A DNA stretch of 64,000 nt from Chiloscyllium plagiosum (GCF_004010195.1 NC_057728.1:51461400-51525399); one strand, 5' to 3'. Shown: positions 12,687 through 27,055, counted from the first letter of the stretch. The notes: generated from the letters alone by a model not told the origin. A program made the numbers and translations.

Positions 12687-14070
12687 AATGTTCATTGAAT
12701 CAGATGAAAGGGTATGGGAAGAGGCTTATGAATTTCAGTGGTATTAACATAAGTTGATTTTAGTGTCAAATGGGACAGCTCCAGAGTTGTTTGAAGTGGT
12801 TGACACTTATTGGGTTGGATGATTAGACTTTGTATTTAAGAGCTGGGTTCCTTGCCCTCAAAATGGAGGGGTGGATACCAGTGGTGGTGGGAGGAGGGGT
12901 GCAGTGGCAAGGGGTGGAGTGTATTATCTCCCCCTTCAACATTACTTTGATTCTGTTCCCTTCCTTATTGTCCCTATCTTCTATTACACTACAGTCAAAA
13001 TATAAGCAAAAGAAAGAAGAATTGGAATAACTTAACTTTATTGGAAAACTGAACAGAATAATGGACTATTTAACTACTAAACAGCAATTGCTCCAATATA
13101 GTAACATCCCATAAACACACCATTGGCAAAGGCACATTAAGTAAAATAGACTGTCTAACATGCAATTCTAGCAGCAGGAAGAGAACCTCAGCTTTTAGCT
13201 GTAACAGAGAGAGGAATAAAAGCTTCCACATCCAGCTTCAGAACCCCATCAACAGTTAAAAACTAAAACTAAAATCCCTGGTTCTGTGGGAGCTTGGCCC
13301 CACCCCTTCATGTTGCTTCTATTGTTCCAAATTCTTAATAAAAAAGATGGCTGGGCTCAGAACAGACAGTTCAGCTCCATGTTTACAACACTTGCTTTCA
13401 AAAGAAACATGACAAAATAAATCCTTCTTAAAGGCACATGCCATAACAAAAAAAACCATTATAAACTTCTAAAAGTATTGTCCTGCCTAATTTACTACAT
13501 GGCTCTTGGTCTGTTAAACAGTGAAGAGCATGATCATTATTGAGACATGATAGGCTAAATGGTCTATTTCTGTGATTTAAGGACTTTGTAATTCAAATAT
13601 CTTTGGAATCCTCATGAACCAATGCCTTCCTTACAGACAGACAGAAGGATCTTTCCACTTTCTCCATCCATGTTGAGTTGAATTTAGGCCTAACTTCTCA
13701 GCTCCTGATAGTGTCATTCTGGAACATTCCATCGGAACTTTAATCTTCAACTCTCTGAAAAAAAGTGCACTACAGAAAGAGATTGCTTAAGTATTGGAAT
13801 CTGAACATAGAGCCAGCATTTTTTTTTTATTTGTTATTGACAAGGCCAGCATAAATTGCCTGTAACTGTTCTGGAGAACATGGTGGTGAGCTGGCTTCAT
13901 GAACTACTGCAGTCCATGGGATGCATGCATACCCACAGTGCTATTAGGGAGGGAGTTCCTGGATTTTGACTCTGACAGTGAAGGAACAGCGGTATATTTC
14001 CAAGTGGTGAGTGGCTTGGAAGGGAACTTGCATTCCTATGCCCTTGTTCTTCTAGATGGAAGAGGTTGTG

Positions 14071-14377
14071 AGATTAGATTCTTTACAGTGTGGAAACAGG
14101 CCCTTCGGCTCAACAATTCCACACCGACCCTCCGAAGAGTAACCCACCCAGTCCCATTTCCCTCTGACTAATGCACCTAACACAACGGGCAATTTCGCAT
14201 GGCTGATTCACCTGACCTGCACATCTTTGGACTGTCGGAGGAAACTGGAGCACCAGAGGAAACCCACGCAGACACGCGTAGAATGTGAAAACTCCACACA
14301 GACAGTCGCCTGAGGCTGGAATTGAACCTGGGACCCTGGTGCTGTGAGGCAGCAGTGCTAACCACTGAGCCACCATG
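14071..14377 (-). mobile_element. tRNA-derived SINE (HE1/V-SINE-like)
   Basis: Full-length copy with the same layout as 12365-12686. Confidence 0.85.
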
Positions 14378-15628
14378 GAAAGTGTTATCAAAGGAACTTT
14401 GGTCCATTGTTGCTTCTCACTAGTCTTTAGCTATCTGGGCCCTAAACTCTGTAATTCCATCCTTAAAAAATTATCACCATTCAATATTTGATTTTGTGTA
14501 AATTTTATCCAATGAAGCTCCAGTATCGTACCTTGGGACATTTTAAAGTTGCTACATAAATGCAAGCTGTTTTTGTGGTGCATGTATGCTATTAAAAGAA
14601 TCTGCCAAAGTGCTATATTAAAACAGCAAAGACTTCAATCTGCTTCCAACTCCAGGGCACATCATGTGTGCTCAGCTTTCCAAAGCTGCAACAGGATCCC
14701 TTTTAATTCTTCTGTTTAGTCAGAGATATCATTGTTCCTTTATAGCAGGAGACAGTTTGATGAGAGCTAATTTGAGCTAAGTGACCTAACGGCTTCACCG
14801 ATGCTTGTTCTCACTGTTACTGAACATCATGTTCACCTCCAAGGTGAACCATCAAAAACACGGCTCATATTAACACAGTAGAGCATCTGCTCCTTATCGT
14901 ATTCTGTAGATGCATTGCAAAAGCCCTTTTCAGGACTATGGACAGCACAAAGTCCTCTCCAGCCAACAGGTAGTGTAGTAACTGCTGTCATATAAGTAAT
15001 GGGTCAGCCAATTTGAAAGCCCCCACAAACACCAATATGCTAATGACCAGATTATCTGTTTATTTTTGGGAGGACAGTTGTTTTGCTCAGAACAGCATGG
15101 GTAACTCTTCTTGAAAATAGCAGTCTGGGATTCTTTCTGTCCAGCAGCGAAGGTAAATGGGTCATCTGTCCAACACTGCTGACTGTGCAGCACCCCTTCA
15201 ACACTGAGAGTAGCAGCCTTGATTTTTGAGTTGAATATCTGGAGATGTTGAGCCAGAAAACGTCATTCAGAGGAGATTGTCACAAAATTAAGGCTATTTC
15301 AGAGGACAGTTAGAATCTACTATACGGCTGTGGGTGTGGAGTCAACACAGACCAGACCAGGTAAGGACAGTAGATTTCCTTCCTTAAAGGATATTAGTGA
15401 ACCAGATTGGTTTTTATGACAATGATAGTTACATTTTAATGATCAATAGTGAGACTAAGCATCAGTTTCAGATTTATTACATGAATTCCACCAGCTGCCA
15501 TGAACCTGACTTTGTCACTAACTCCATTAAAATAATTGTATTATAATATTACATTTCACATGTTGCAATGGTGGAATCTAGGCCCATGTACTCACAGTAG
15601 TAATCTGAGCCACTGGTTATTAGCCAAG

Positions 15629-15836
15629 GACATTACAATTGAGCTGCTGTCTTCAGATGGGATTGGGGTTAGTACCAGTGACTAAAGAAAGCAAGACATG
15701 TTGAAGGGATTGGGCAGTATGTTCAGCAAGATACTGTTTGTTGGATGGTGAAGATGATAGTGTTTTCAATCCCATCCCTGTGTCTGCTAAGGGCTGTCAA
15801 TGGATCTGTCATTCAGACTCATAAGCTGTTCTCATT
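15629..15836. repeat. About 208-bp segment with a near-identical inverted copy at 20449-20657
   Basis: Direct reading: gagctgctgtcttcagatggg...cagactcataagctgtt is the reverse complement of aacagcttatgagtctg...cccatctgaagacagcagctc. Confidence 0.9.
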
Positions 15837-15969
15837 TTTTAAAAAAAGAATTTGCCTTATGAGCAGCATGCTCCAGTCCCGAAGAGGAGTCATATCAGAT
15901 TTGAAACATTAACACCATTTCTCTAACCGTGGATGCTGACAGACCTGCTGAGTTTCTTCAATTTTTTTA

Positions 15970-17060
15970 TTCACTCATGGGACATGGGTGTCACTGGCAG
16001 GCCAGAATTTATTGTCTGTCCTAGTTCCCCTTGAGAAGCCAGTGGTGAGCTCCTTCTTGAACTGCTGCAGTCCAGGTGCTGTACCCACAATGGCCTTAGG
16101 GAGGGAATTCCAGGATTTGACCCAGCACCAGTGAAGAAAAGGCACTTTATATCCCACTTTTGGAATACTACATTCAATTCTGGTCTCCCCGCTGTAGAAA
16201 GGATGTTGTGAAACTTGAAAACAAAACTGTTGCCAGGGTTGGAGGATTTGAACTACACAGAGAGGCTGAATAGTTTAGGACTGTTTTCCCTGGAGCATCG
16301 GAGGCTGAGGAATGACCTTATAGAGGTTTATAAAATCATGAGGGTCATGGTTAGGATGAATAGCTAAGGTCTTTTCCCAGGGTAGGGGAGTCCAAAACCA
16401 AAGGGCATAGGTTTAGGGTGAGAGGGGAAAGATTTAAAATGGACGTCAGGGGCAACCTTTTCTCACAGAGGGTGGTGTGTGAATGGAATGAGCTGCCAGG
16501 GGAAGTGGTGGAGGCTGGTACAATTACAACATTTAAAAGGTACCTGGATGAGTATATGAATAGGAAGGGTTTAGAGGGATATGGGTAAAATGCTGGCAAA
16601 TGGAACTAGATTAATTTAGGATACCTGGTCAGCATGGGCGAGTTGGACTGAACGGTCTGTTTTTGTGTTGAACATCTCTATGACTCTAGGTCAGAATGGT
16701 AAATGGCTTGGAGGGGAGACTGCAGATTGTGATGTTCCTATGTATGTCCTGGCTCTCTCCTGGATGGAAGTGGTCATGAGTTTGGAAGGTGTTGTTTGAA
16801 CTTCTTTGGAAATTTTCTGTAGTGCATCTTGTCGATAGTACACACTGCTGCTACAGAGTGTCAGTGGTGGAGGGAGTGGATGCCTCTGGATGTGATGCCA
16901 ATCAAGGGGGCTGCTTTGTCCTGGATGTAGTGTCAAGATTATTGAGTGTTGTTGGAGCTGCACCAATCCAAGCAAGTGGGGAATATTCCATCACACTCCT
17001 GCCTTGTGCCTTGTAGTTGGTGGACAGGTTTGGGGAGTCAGGAGGCGTGTTACTCACTGC
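15970..17060 (-). mobile_element. LINE 3' fragment with a nested plus-strand CR1 3' end (about 16160-16688)
   Basis: The minus strand encodes YKAQGRSVMEYSPLAWIGAAPTTL (LINE ORF2 C-terminal-like). The inner piece ends in the ctctatgactct CR1 tail. Confidence 0.75.
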
Positions 17061-18355
17061 AGTTATTTCCTGTTATTTAATTATTAATATAGCACAACCT
17101 GCTGAATACTAAAAAACAAAAGGTGAAATAAATGGAGTTAACTTTATTTCAAAATGAAGCAAGGTCATTAATCTGAAATATTAAGCATTTTTCTCTTCTT
17201 AAATCTTGTCCAGCTTTGGAGAATGAGATACAATAACTGGTCTGTCCTATGTTGTCAGTGTAGGTATTAGTCTTTTACTCAATAAGATCACCTCAGTAGA
17301 AAAGGCTCAATGCTCCCAGTGTCAGTGCACAGACACGTAATGGCATTATGTTTTCTGATTCCTTATTATAAGGTAGGGCTGAAAAATTCTTACAAATGCA
17401 AGAGATATCAATTTAAATTTGCTCAGGGACTCATTATAGTTTTCTTTACTCATTGCCTTCCAATAATCAGATTATTAATACAAGGCAGTCAGAATTCCCA
17501 AGACATCGATCCAGTCTGCTGCCAGCCCAGTGTTCTATAATTGGTCCTATTAACACTGAAAGCTGACCTCTCACTGTCTGAACAAACAGATTTTCATGTG
17601 ATTACACCGTGAGAGTAATGCTCTGCACTCTGGTTGTGAGCAAGAGAGATTAACAGACTGATAAATCAGAGTACAATAAAGACAATTTCTGTGTCACGAA
17701 ACAGTGTAAACACATGAAGAAAAATCTCTAGTGGTACCACAGTGAACAGATTGGCCATTGAAAGTCTGATTAGACCAAGCGTGGTTTATTTCAAAGCACA
17801 TAGCAAATGGCATTTCACTGCAGCTTCTCAAACATTAAATTTATCTTTGTGCAAAACCTCCACAGTGCCAGTATTTGTAAAGGGAGATATTCAATTGCTG
17901 GGTAAATATTTTGAAATGGGGAAGAATGGACAGTGAAGTTTGAACAGGGCATCATGGTAAAGGGGAGAATTGTGATTCTAAAATCTGATATTTACAGAAT
18001 TATTGCTGCAATCCTCTATGCAAAATGTGCTGCTCCATCAGTACATCAGGTCTTGCATTTAAGGTAATGAATAAGGAATAATGAAATGTTAAGAATAGGA
18101 GTCAAGAGCTCTTAATAGTCAGTACTTTCAGTACGTGTTAAATGATATTGAGAGAGAGAGGAAATTTCTAATAACATGAAATTAATTACAGCAGATGATG
18201 GAAATCTGAAACTAAGTCAGAAAATTATGGAATTTTTCAGCAGGTTTGGCAGGGTTTGCGGACAGGGGAACAGAGTTAACATTTTGAATTAACCATAAAC
18301 ATTTCATCTCAAACTAAAACATTAACTCTTTTGCAATTTATAAAAACAAACTTCA

Positions 18356-18660
18356 GATTAGATTCCCTACAGTGTGGAAACAGGCCCTTTGGCCCAACAA
18401 GTCCACACTAACCCTCCGAAGAGTAACCCACTCAGACCCATTGCCCTCTGACTAATGCACCTAACACTATGGGCAATTTAGCGTGGCCAATTCACCTGAC
18501 CTGCACATCTTTGGACTGCAGGTGGAAACCGGAGCACCCGGAGGGAACCCACACAGACACGGGGAGAATGTGCAAACTCCACACAGACAATCACCTGAGA
18601 CTGGAATTGAACCTGGGGCCCTGGGGCAGCAGTGCTAACCACTGAGCCACCATGCTGCCC
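18356..18660 (-). mobile_element. tRNA-derived SINE (HE1/V-SINE-like)
   Basis: Full-length copy, same layout. Confidence 0.85.
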
Positions 18661-18731
18661 CTATGTTAAGTCTCACAAAGGTTCCCTGCATCACTTGCAC
18701 TTGAAATTGTTTTGGTTGAACTTTAATTGCT

Positions 18732-19950
18732 AACAATATCCTCTTCTGCCCTCTCAGATAGGTGCGAATGACCCTGTAGCACTATTGTGAAGCAGAACAG
18801 GGGGGAGATGTCTGCAGCATGGTGACCAATATTTATCCCAAAAACATCTTTGACTGAAGGGAAGATATAATAGGTCACATACTTAAGTATGTGGCTCCTT
18901 TGCCAAAGACGTATTAGTGGTTAATCCTTCACCAGTTAATACCAGTAAGTCTCTTAGAGTTGCATTACCAGAAGGTTTGGTGGCAGCAAGTATGCCCAAA
19001 GAAGATCCTAGCAGAACCAGCTGTGGACATCTCTCACAACAGTCATGCTTGTGGTACTGAGTCTGATCAGTTTTGCAGGTCTTAGTATCTCTTGCTTCTG
19101 TTTCCATGACCTGTCAGCTTGGCTCATTTGTCAGGACACTGCTGGGGGAGTGCTGTACTGTTATGGTGTCAATGCTGAGAGAGCACTACACTGTTGGAGG
19201 ATCAGTATTGAAAGAGTGCTGTACTGTTGGAGGATCAGTATTGAAGGAGCACTCTAGTTAGATGGTCAATAATGAGGGAGTATTGCACTGTCAGATCTTT
19301 TTAAATTCACTCATGGGATGTGGACATCATTAGCTGCACCAGCATTTATCACCTATCCCTAATTGCCCAAAGGGCAGTTAAGAACCAACCACATTGCTGT
19401 GGATCTGGCAGATTTTCTTCCCTAAAAGGCATGAGTGAACCAGATGGGTTCTTCCTTCCTGATAATCAGCAATAGTTTCATGGTCATCATTAGACTCTTA
19501 ATTCCAGATTATTTTTGAATTCAAATTCAAATATTGATTTGAACCCAGGTCCTGAGAAGATTTCCTGCGTTTCTGGATTAATAGCCTCGCAATAGTACCA
19601 CTAAGCCATCACCTTCCTGCGATGTGAAGTCTTTTGGATAAGATGATAAACAATATCCTCTTCTGCCCTCTCAGGTAGGTGTGAATGACCTCCTAGCACT
19701 ATTGTGAAGCAGAACAGGGGGGGAGATACCTACAGCATGGTGGTCAATATTTATCCTAAAACTAACATCACAGAAGCAGATTATCTGGGCATTACCACCT
19801 TGTTGTTTATGGGATTTGTGTGTAGATAGGCTGATATATTTCCTACATTGCAATCATGACCACATCTCAAAATTATTTAACTGGCTATAAAGTACATTAA
19901 CAGATCTTGAGGTTATGAAAAGTGTAAATATTGTACTTTTCTCTATATGT
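18732..19950 (+). mobile_element. Old SINE-like fragments (probably Deu-domain type) with a local duplication
   Basis: About 108-bp near-direct repeat at 18732-18840 and 19649-19756, plus 32-bp tandem units at about 19150-19290. Family assignment is from memory. Confidence 0.5.
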
Positions 19951-20908
19951 TTAATTGTGTGGTGAAATAAGAAAAGAACTGTTTTAAAACAAGGATTTCC
20001 AGGATTACTGAAAGGCTTGAAAGCAAATTACCTGGTATTTATTGTGAAGATGGTTTGTACAGCTGTGGATCACAGCAGTGGTTGCAAATAAACTGGAGCC
20101 AAAGAGTTGGTCAAATGGAGCTTTGATGGTGCATTGGGTTGTGGACTCGGGACCAATTACCAATGATAAAGGTTTTCTGTCTAACAACAACTACATGATT
20201 AGTTCTCAGGTAGCTGAACTTCTTGAAGTGAAGGACAAGATAGAGAGAAGCCTTCAACCCAGCAGCAAGTAGGGAGTTCTTCTTATTCTCCGCAGTTAAA
20301 GCCATTTCAAGCCTGAAGGAAATAAGTTTATCTTTCCATCACGAGTTACTGTCAGCTGTGACTTTTAATTAACAGTCAGAGATCTTTTATAAGCAACCAA
20401 ACCACCCTGTACCTCTTGTAAACCAGCAAAAGCATTCAGAGAAGGATTAATGAGAAACAGCTTATGAGTCTGAATGACAGATCCATTGACAGCCCTTGGC
20501 AGACACAGGGATGGGATTGAAAACACTATCATCTTCACCATCCAACAAACAGTATCTTGCTGAACATACTGCCCAATCCCTTCAACATGTCTTGCTTTCT
20601 TTAGTCACTGGTACTAACCCCAATCCCATCTGAAGACAGCAGCTCAATGGTAATGTCATTCAGACCAGCGCAAGAATCACAGGAAACAGCTCAGCATCTA
20701 TTGTAAACAAGAACCACTGAACTGCTTTCCAAGATTTTCCCCTGGCTATGAACCTGTGCCTTTTTTAATTCATCTATGGGATGTGGGCATCATTGGTTGG
20801 GCCAGCATTTATTCCCCAAACCTAATTGCTCAGAGGGCAGTTAAGAGTCAGCCACTTTGCTCTGAATCTGCAGCTATTGCCTGCAGCTTATAATCAACAA
20901 GGCTCAAT

Positions 20909-21000
20909 ATCCTGATGAAGGGCACTGGCCCGAAACATCGATTTCCTGCTGCTCAGATGCTGCCTGACCTGCTGTACGTTTTCCAGCAACACACTCTCAA
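20909..21000 (+). mobile_element. Single-arm short retroelement with hammerhead motif
   Basis: atc-CTGATGA-A-GGGC-ACTG-GCCC-GAAAC-ATC-gat at 20909-20942; direct repeat ctcaatatcc at 20903-20912 and 21001-21010. Confidence 0.8.
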
Positions 21001-21282
21001 CTCAATATCCCAAGGGGCCTGTGTAACAGCTTGTAGAAAGCAGAAAGTTTCACAGACTGAATTCTAAATGACAGCCTGAGCAATTGCATTCTCTGTCTCC
21101 TCCCTGTCTCTGGAACTTCTTGTAGCCTTGCAACCTTCCAAGGGTCTGATCAAAGTCGCTAGGTGTATGTCATATAACATGTCTAAACACTTTGATTATA
21201 ATAACAACAAGGGGTCCACCTACTTCCGATTTTGGCCCTCTGCACATCTCCATTTTTAATTGTATCCTCCCGAAACCTTTCA

Positions 21283-22320
21283 AAGAACAAAGAAATTTTA
21301 CAGCCCAGGAACAGGCCCTTCAGCCCTCCAAGCCTGAGCTTATCCAAATGTACTGTCTAAATCTGTTGGTCAATTCCTAAGCATTTGTATCCCTCTGCTC
21401 CCCACCTACTCATGCATCTGCCCAGACGCATCTTAAATTAATCTACCGTGCCTGCCTCTACCACCTCTGCTGGCAACGCATTCCAAACGCCCACCACCCT
21501 CTGTGTGAAGTACTTGCCGCATGTATCCCCCTTAAACTTTCTACCTCTCACCTTGAAAGCATGAACTCTCATTATTGAATCCCTCACCCTGGGAAAAAGC
21601 TTGTCTCTATCCACCTTGTCTATACCCTTCATGATTTTGTAAATCTCAATCAGGTCCCTCGTCAATCTCCTTTTTTCTAGTGAAAATAACCTACTCAACC
21701 TCTCTTCATAGCTAGCACCTTCCATACCAGACAACATCCTTGTAAACCTTCTCTGCACCCTCTCCAAAGCATCTACATCCTTTTGGTAATGTGGCACCCA
21801 GAACTGTACACAGTATTCTAAATGTGGTCGAACTAATGTCTTGTACAATTTTAACATGACTTGCCAGCTCTTATACTCAATACCCCGGCCAATGAAGGCA
21901 AGCATACTACATGCCTTCTTGACCACTCTATCCACCTGTGCAGCAACCTTCAGTATACAATGGACCTGCACTTCCAGATCTCTCTGCCCATCAACTTTTC
22001 CCAAGGCGCTTCCATTCATTGTATAGTTCGCTCTAGAATTAGACTTGCCTAAATGTATCACCTCACATTTGTCTGGATTGAAAGCCATCTACCACTTTTC
22101 CGCCCAACTCTCCAGTCTATCTATATCCTCCTGTATTCTCTGACAGTCCCTTATGCTTTCTGCTACTCCACCAATCTTTGTGTCATCTACAAACTTGCTG
22201 ACCATACCGACAGTGCCCTTTTCCAGATCATTTATGTATATTACAAACAACAATGGCCCCAATACTGGCCTCTGTGGAATACCACTGGTCACCTTTCTCC
22301 ATTTCGAGAAACTCCCTTCG
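21283..22320 (-). mobile_element. CR1 LINE, 5'-truncated (RT C-terminal region)
   Basis: Minus-strand ORFs GIPQRPVLGPLLFVIYINDL..KFVDDTKIGG and FNPDKCEVIHLG..LYKTLVRPHLEYCVQFW..FTQRVVGVWNALP. Confidence 0.92.
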
Positions 22321-22519
22321 ACTCTTTCTCCATCTCAGATCTCTTTAAGATCTTTTAAAGCTTTTACTGAATAGGGTTTATTGACCATCTGGCCTAATAT
22401 CTCTTTTTGTGGCTCAATGTAAAGTTTCATTTCTGATAGTGCTCCTATGAAGCACCCTGAGCTGTTATCAATGCTGTGTAGGTGCCATCTGTTGTTACTT
22501 ATTTAATTGTTATGTGTTA

Positions 22520-23450
22520 TAGAGTCAAAGAGTCATACAGCATGGAAACAGACCCTTTGGTTCCAACCAGTCCATCCTGAACAGAATCCCAAACTAAATC
22601 CCACCTGCTGGCACTTGGCCCTGCAAACATTTCTTAATCATGTACTTGTCCAAACGTCTTTAAACATTATAACTGTACCCACATTCCACCACTTCCTCTG
22701 GAAGTCCATTTCACATACGAAGTACTCTCTACATAAAGAAATTGCCCTTCATATCTTTTTTAAAGCTCTCTCCTTTGACCTTAAAAATGTGCCCTTGATC
22801 TTGAATCACTCACCCCAGGGAAAAGACACCTGCCATTCATCTTATCTGTACCCATCGTGATTTTATAAAACTACATAAGGTACATAATTGCCTACACTCC
22901 AGGGGAAACAGTTCCAGCCTATTCAGCCTCTCCCCATAACTCAAACCCTCAGTTCCTGGCAATATCCTGATAAATCTCATCTGAACCCTCTCCACCTTAA
23001 TAACATCCTTCCTATAACAGGGCGACCAGAACTGGACACAAACTCCAGAAGAGGCCTCACCAACGTCCCAACTCCTAAACTCAAAGGCCTGAGTAATGAA
23101 GCTAGTCACCTTCTTAAACACACTATCTATATGTGATGAAACTTCAAAGAATTACATACCTAAACCTCTCAGTTTCTCTGTTCCACAATAATACCCAAGG
23201 CCTTACTTTTAACTGTATAAGTCTGCTCTTGTTTGTTTTACCAAAAAGAAACACGTTGCATTTATCCAAATTAAAAACCATCTGCCACTCTTCAGCCCAT
23301 TGACTTAACTGAGCAAGATCTCTTTGTAAACTTAGAAAACCTTCCTCACTGTCCACTACACCACCAACCTTGGTGTCATCCGTAAACTTACTAAAGTTTG
23401 AAACTTACATGGCTTCTATATTCGTATCTAAATCATTTATATTAACAACA
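22520..23450 (-). mobile_element. CR1 LINE fragment
   Basis: WAEEWQMVFNLDKC and CVQFWSPCYRKDVIKVERVQMRF in minus-strand ORFs. Confidence 0.85.
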
Positions 23451-24063
23451 AATTTCCCACATGGCTTAGGAGGTCAGTGGGAATGTGGTGAATAAGGACA
23501 TAAAGGCAAATTCCAAAAAAAAAGGAAATTTCTGCAGATCTGAAAATCCTGGAAATACTCAGCAGATCAGGAAACATCTGTGGAGAGGGCAAAAGAGTTG
23601 ACAGTGTGTCTGATGAAAGGCCACTGACTTAAAACATTGACATCACTGTGTTTCCCTGAGTCAGTGAGAGGACAATTGCATTCTGCAAAAGCGCAGGCCA
23701 TGATGAATTACCCAAGTTTCAATGTGTGAACTCAATAACAGTGTTGAAAATGTTAAAATTTATCTTTAGAAAGGGTATGATGGCTTTAAAAGGATGTTGA
23801 AAAGGTTCATACGAGTGGTGTCAGACCTCATTTGCGTGGATAAACTGGGGAGGCTGGAACAGTTCTCCTTAGAGAAAAGGAATAAGGCAGAGGTATTCAG
23901 AACCACAAGGGAGTGCAGGGACACATCATTCTCATTGGCGGCACGGTTGAGAACCAGAGGAAGTTCATTAAAGGTGACTTGTAAAGGAAGTAAAAGCAAA
24001 TTTAGAAAATTCTTCTTACATAACAAATGGTTAAAGTCTGGAATGCACTGCCTGAGGCAGCTT

Positions 24064-27055
24064 GAACATAGAACATAGAACAATACAGCACAGTACAGGC
24101 CCTTCGGCCCTCAATGTTGTGCTGACCTTTTATCCTACTCTAAGATCAAACTAACCCACATACCACACATTTTACTATCATCCATGTACCTATCCAAGAG
24201 TCGCTTAAATGTCCCTAATGTATGTGACTCTACAACCACTGCTGGATGTTTATTCCACACACCCACCACTCCCTGTGTAAAGAACCTACCTCTGACATCT
24301 CCCCTAACCCTTCCTCCAATCACCTTAAAATTATGCCCCCTTGTGATAGACATTTCTCCCCTGGGAAAAAGTCTCTGATTATTTATCTATACCTGTCAAC
24401 ATCTCGTGCACGTCTATCAAGTCACCTCTCATCCTTCATCGCTCCAATGAGAAAAGGCTGAGCTCCCTCAACCTTTCTTCATAAGACATGCCCTCCAGTC
24501 CAGGCAGCATGCTGGTAAATCTCTTCTGTACCTTCTATAAAGCTTCCACATCCTTCTGGAGACGACCAGAACTGAACACAATATTCCAAATGTGGTCTAA
24601 CCAGGGCATTACAGAGCTGCAGCCTAACCTCGTGGCTCTTAAACTCAATCCCCTTGCTAACGAAAGCCAACACACCATATGCCTTCTTAACAACCCTATC
24701 AATATGGGTGGCAACTTTCAGAGATCTATGGACATGGACCCCAAGATCCCTCTGTTCCTCCACACTGCCAAGAATCCTGCCTTTAACCCTGTAAACCATT
24801 TCAAATTCAATGTTCCAAAATTATCACTTCACACTTTTCCAGGTTGAACTCCATCTGCCACTAATCAGCCCAGTTCTGTATTCTGTCAATGTCCCGTTGC
24901 AACCTATAACAGTCCTCCACACTATCCACAACTCCACTAACCTTTGTGTCATCGGAAAACTTACTAACCCACCCTTCCACTCCGTTATCCAAGTCATTTA
25001 TAAAAATCACAAAGAGCAGTGGTCCCGGGACACCACTGGTCACCAAGCTCCAGTCTAGATACTATTCATCTACTACCACCCTCTGTCTTCTATGGGCCAG
25101 CCAATTCTGTATTGAGGCAGCCACATTTCCCTGTATCCCATGCCTCTTTACTTTCCGAATAAGCCTATCATGGGGAACCTTATCAAATGCCTTGCTAAAA
25201 TCCATATACACCACATCCACAGATCTACCTTTATCAATGTGTTTTGTCATATCCTCAAAGAATTCAATAAGGGTTGTGAGGTATGACCTGCCCCTCATAA
25301 AGCCATGCTGACTATCTCTAATCAAACTATAGTTTTCCAAGTAATCATTAATCCTGTCTCTCAGAATCCTCTCTAATAATTTGCCCACCACATACATAAG
25401 ACTGACTGGTCTGTAATTCCCAGGATTATCCCTATTCCCTTTCTTGAACAAGGAAATAACATTTGTCACCCTCCAATCATCTGGCACTACTCCAGTGGAC
25501 AGTGAGGATGCAAAGATCATCGCCAAAGGTGCGGCAATCTCTTCCCTCGATTCCCGTAGTAACCTTGGGTATATCCCATCTGGTCCAGGGGACTATCTAT
25601 CCTTATTTTTTTTAATTTTCAGCACATCCTCCTTCTTAACATCAAACTGTTCAAGCATATCAGCCTGTTTCACATTGTCCTCACAAATGACAAGGTTCGT
25701 CTCAGTAGTAAATACTGAAGCAAGGTATTCATTAAGGACTTCCGACTCCAGGCACAAGTTCCCTCCACTATCCTGGATTGGCCCTAGCCTCATTGTGGCT
25801 ATTCTCTTGTTCCTCACATAAGTGTAGAATGCCTTAGATTTTTCCTTAATCCTACTCACTAAAGTTTTTCATGTTGCCTTCTGGTTTTCCTGAGGTCATT
25901 CTTCAGTTCCTTCCTGGTTACCTTGTAACCCTCTAGAGCCCTGTCTGATCCTTGCCTCCTCATCTTTAAGTAAGCTTCCTTCTTCCTCTTGACTACTTGT
26001 TCTACATCTCTTGTCACCCAAGGTTCCTTCACCCTATCATCCCTCCCTTGCCTCAGTAGGACAAACCTGTCCAGCACTACCAGCAAGTGCTCCTGAAACA
26101 ACCTCCACATTTCTGTTGTGCACTTCCCTGAGAACATCTGTTCCCAATTTACACCCCTCAGTTCCTGCCTGACAGCATTGTAATTCCCCCTCCTCCGATT
26201 AAATACTTTCCCATGCTGTCTGCTCCTATCCCTCTCCATGACTATAGTAACAGTCATGAAGTTGTGATTACCATCACTGAAATGCTCTCCCACCAAGAGA
26301 TCTGAGACCCGGCCTGGTTCATTGCTAATCATCAAATTCAATTTGGCCTCCCCTCTAGTCAGTCTATCTACATATTGAGTCAGGAATTCTTCCTAGACAC
26401 ACCTGACAAATACTGCTCCATCCAACTATTTGATCTGAGGAGATTCCAATCAATAATAGAGAAGTTAAAGTCACCCATGACAACAACCCTGTTCCTTCTG
26501 CATCTTTTTAAAATCTGCCTCCCAATCTGCTCCTCCATGTTTCTGTTGCTATTAGGAGGGCCCGTAGAAAACTCCAAATAGTGTGACTGCTCCTTTCCTG
26601 TTTTTGACTTTGACCTATACTGCCCTCTGTAGACAAACCCTCTTCATTTGACCTATACTGCCCTCTGTAGACAAACCCTCTTCAACGACCTCCCTTTCTG
26701 TAGCTGTGATACTATCCCTGATTAGCAATGCCACTCCCCCACCTCTTTTCCCTCCCTCTCTATTCCTTTTGAAACATCTATACCCCAGAACATCCAACAG
26801 CCATTCCTGCCTCTGTGATATCCAAGTCTCCATAATGGCCATAACATCATGGTACTAAGTACTGATCCATGCTCTAAGTTCCTCACCCTTATTCCTGATA
26901 CTTCTTGCATTAAAATAGACACATTTTAACCCATCTCACTGACTGTAACTTTTCCCTATTAACCGTCTATCCCTCCTCACAGACTTTCTGAATGCTGTAT
27001 TTGGCTGTTCACTAGCTACTCCATCCTCAGATCTGTAGTTCTGATTCCCACCCCC
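24064..27055 (-). mobile_element. CR1 LINE, about 3 kb, frameshifted ORF2 (endonuclease + RT)
   Basis: Consecutive fragments AIMETW..GGGVALLIR, VVMGDFNF, PGNYRPVSL..DVVYMDFSKAFDKVPH, KFSDDTKV, LVRPHLEYCVQFW, with a (catagaa)n tail. Confidence 0.95.

Noticed and set aside
19990..20760. Possible degraded coding sequence around the inverted-repeat copy
   Set aside because: I could not recognise any protein motif in the frames I translated; it needs a translated search.
24064..27055. Intact autonomous retrotransposon or domesticated RT
   Set aside because: ORF2 is broken by many stops and frameshifts, including a 39-bp internal duplication near 26609-26685. It is CR1-type, not the Penelope-type partner expected for the hammerhead elements.
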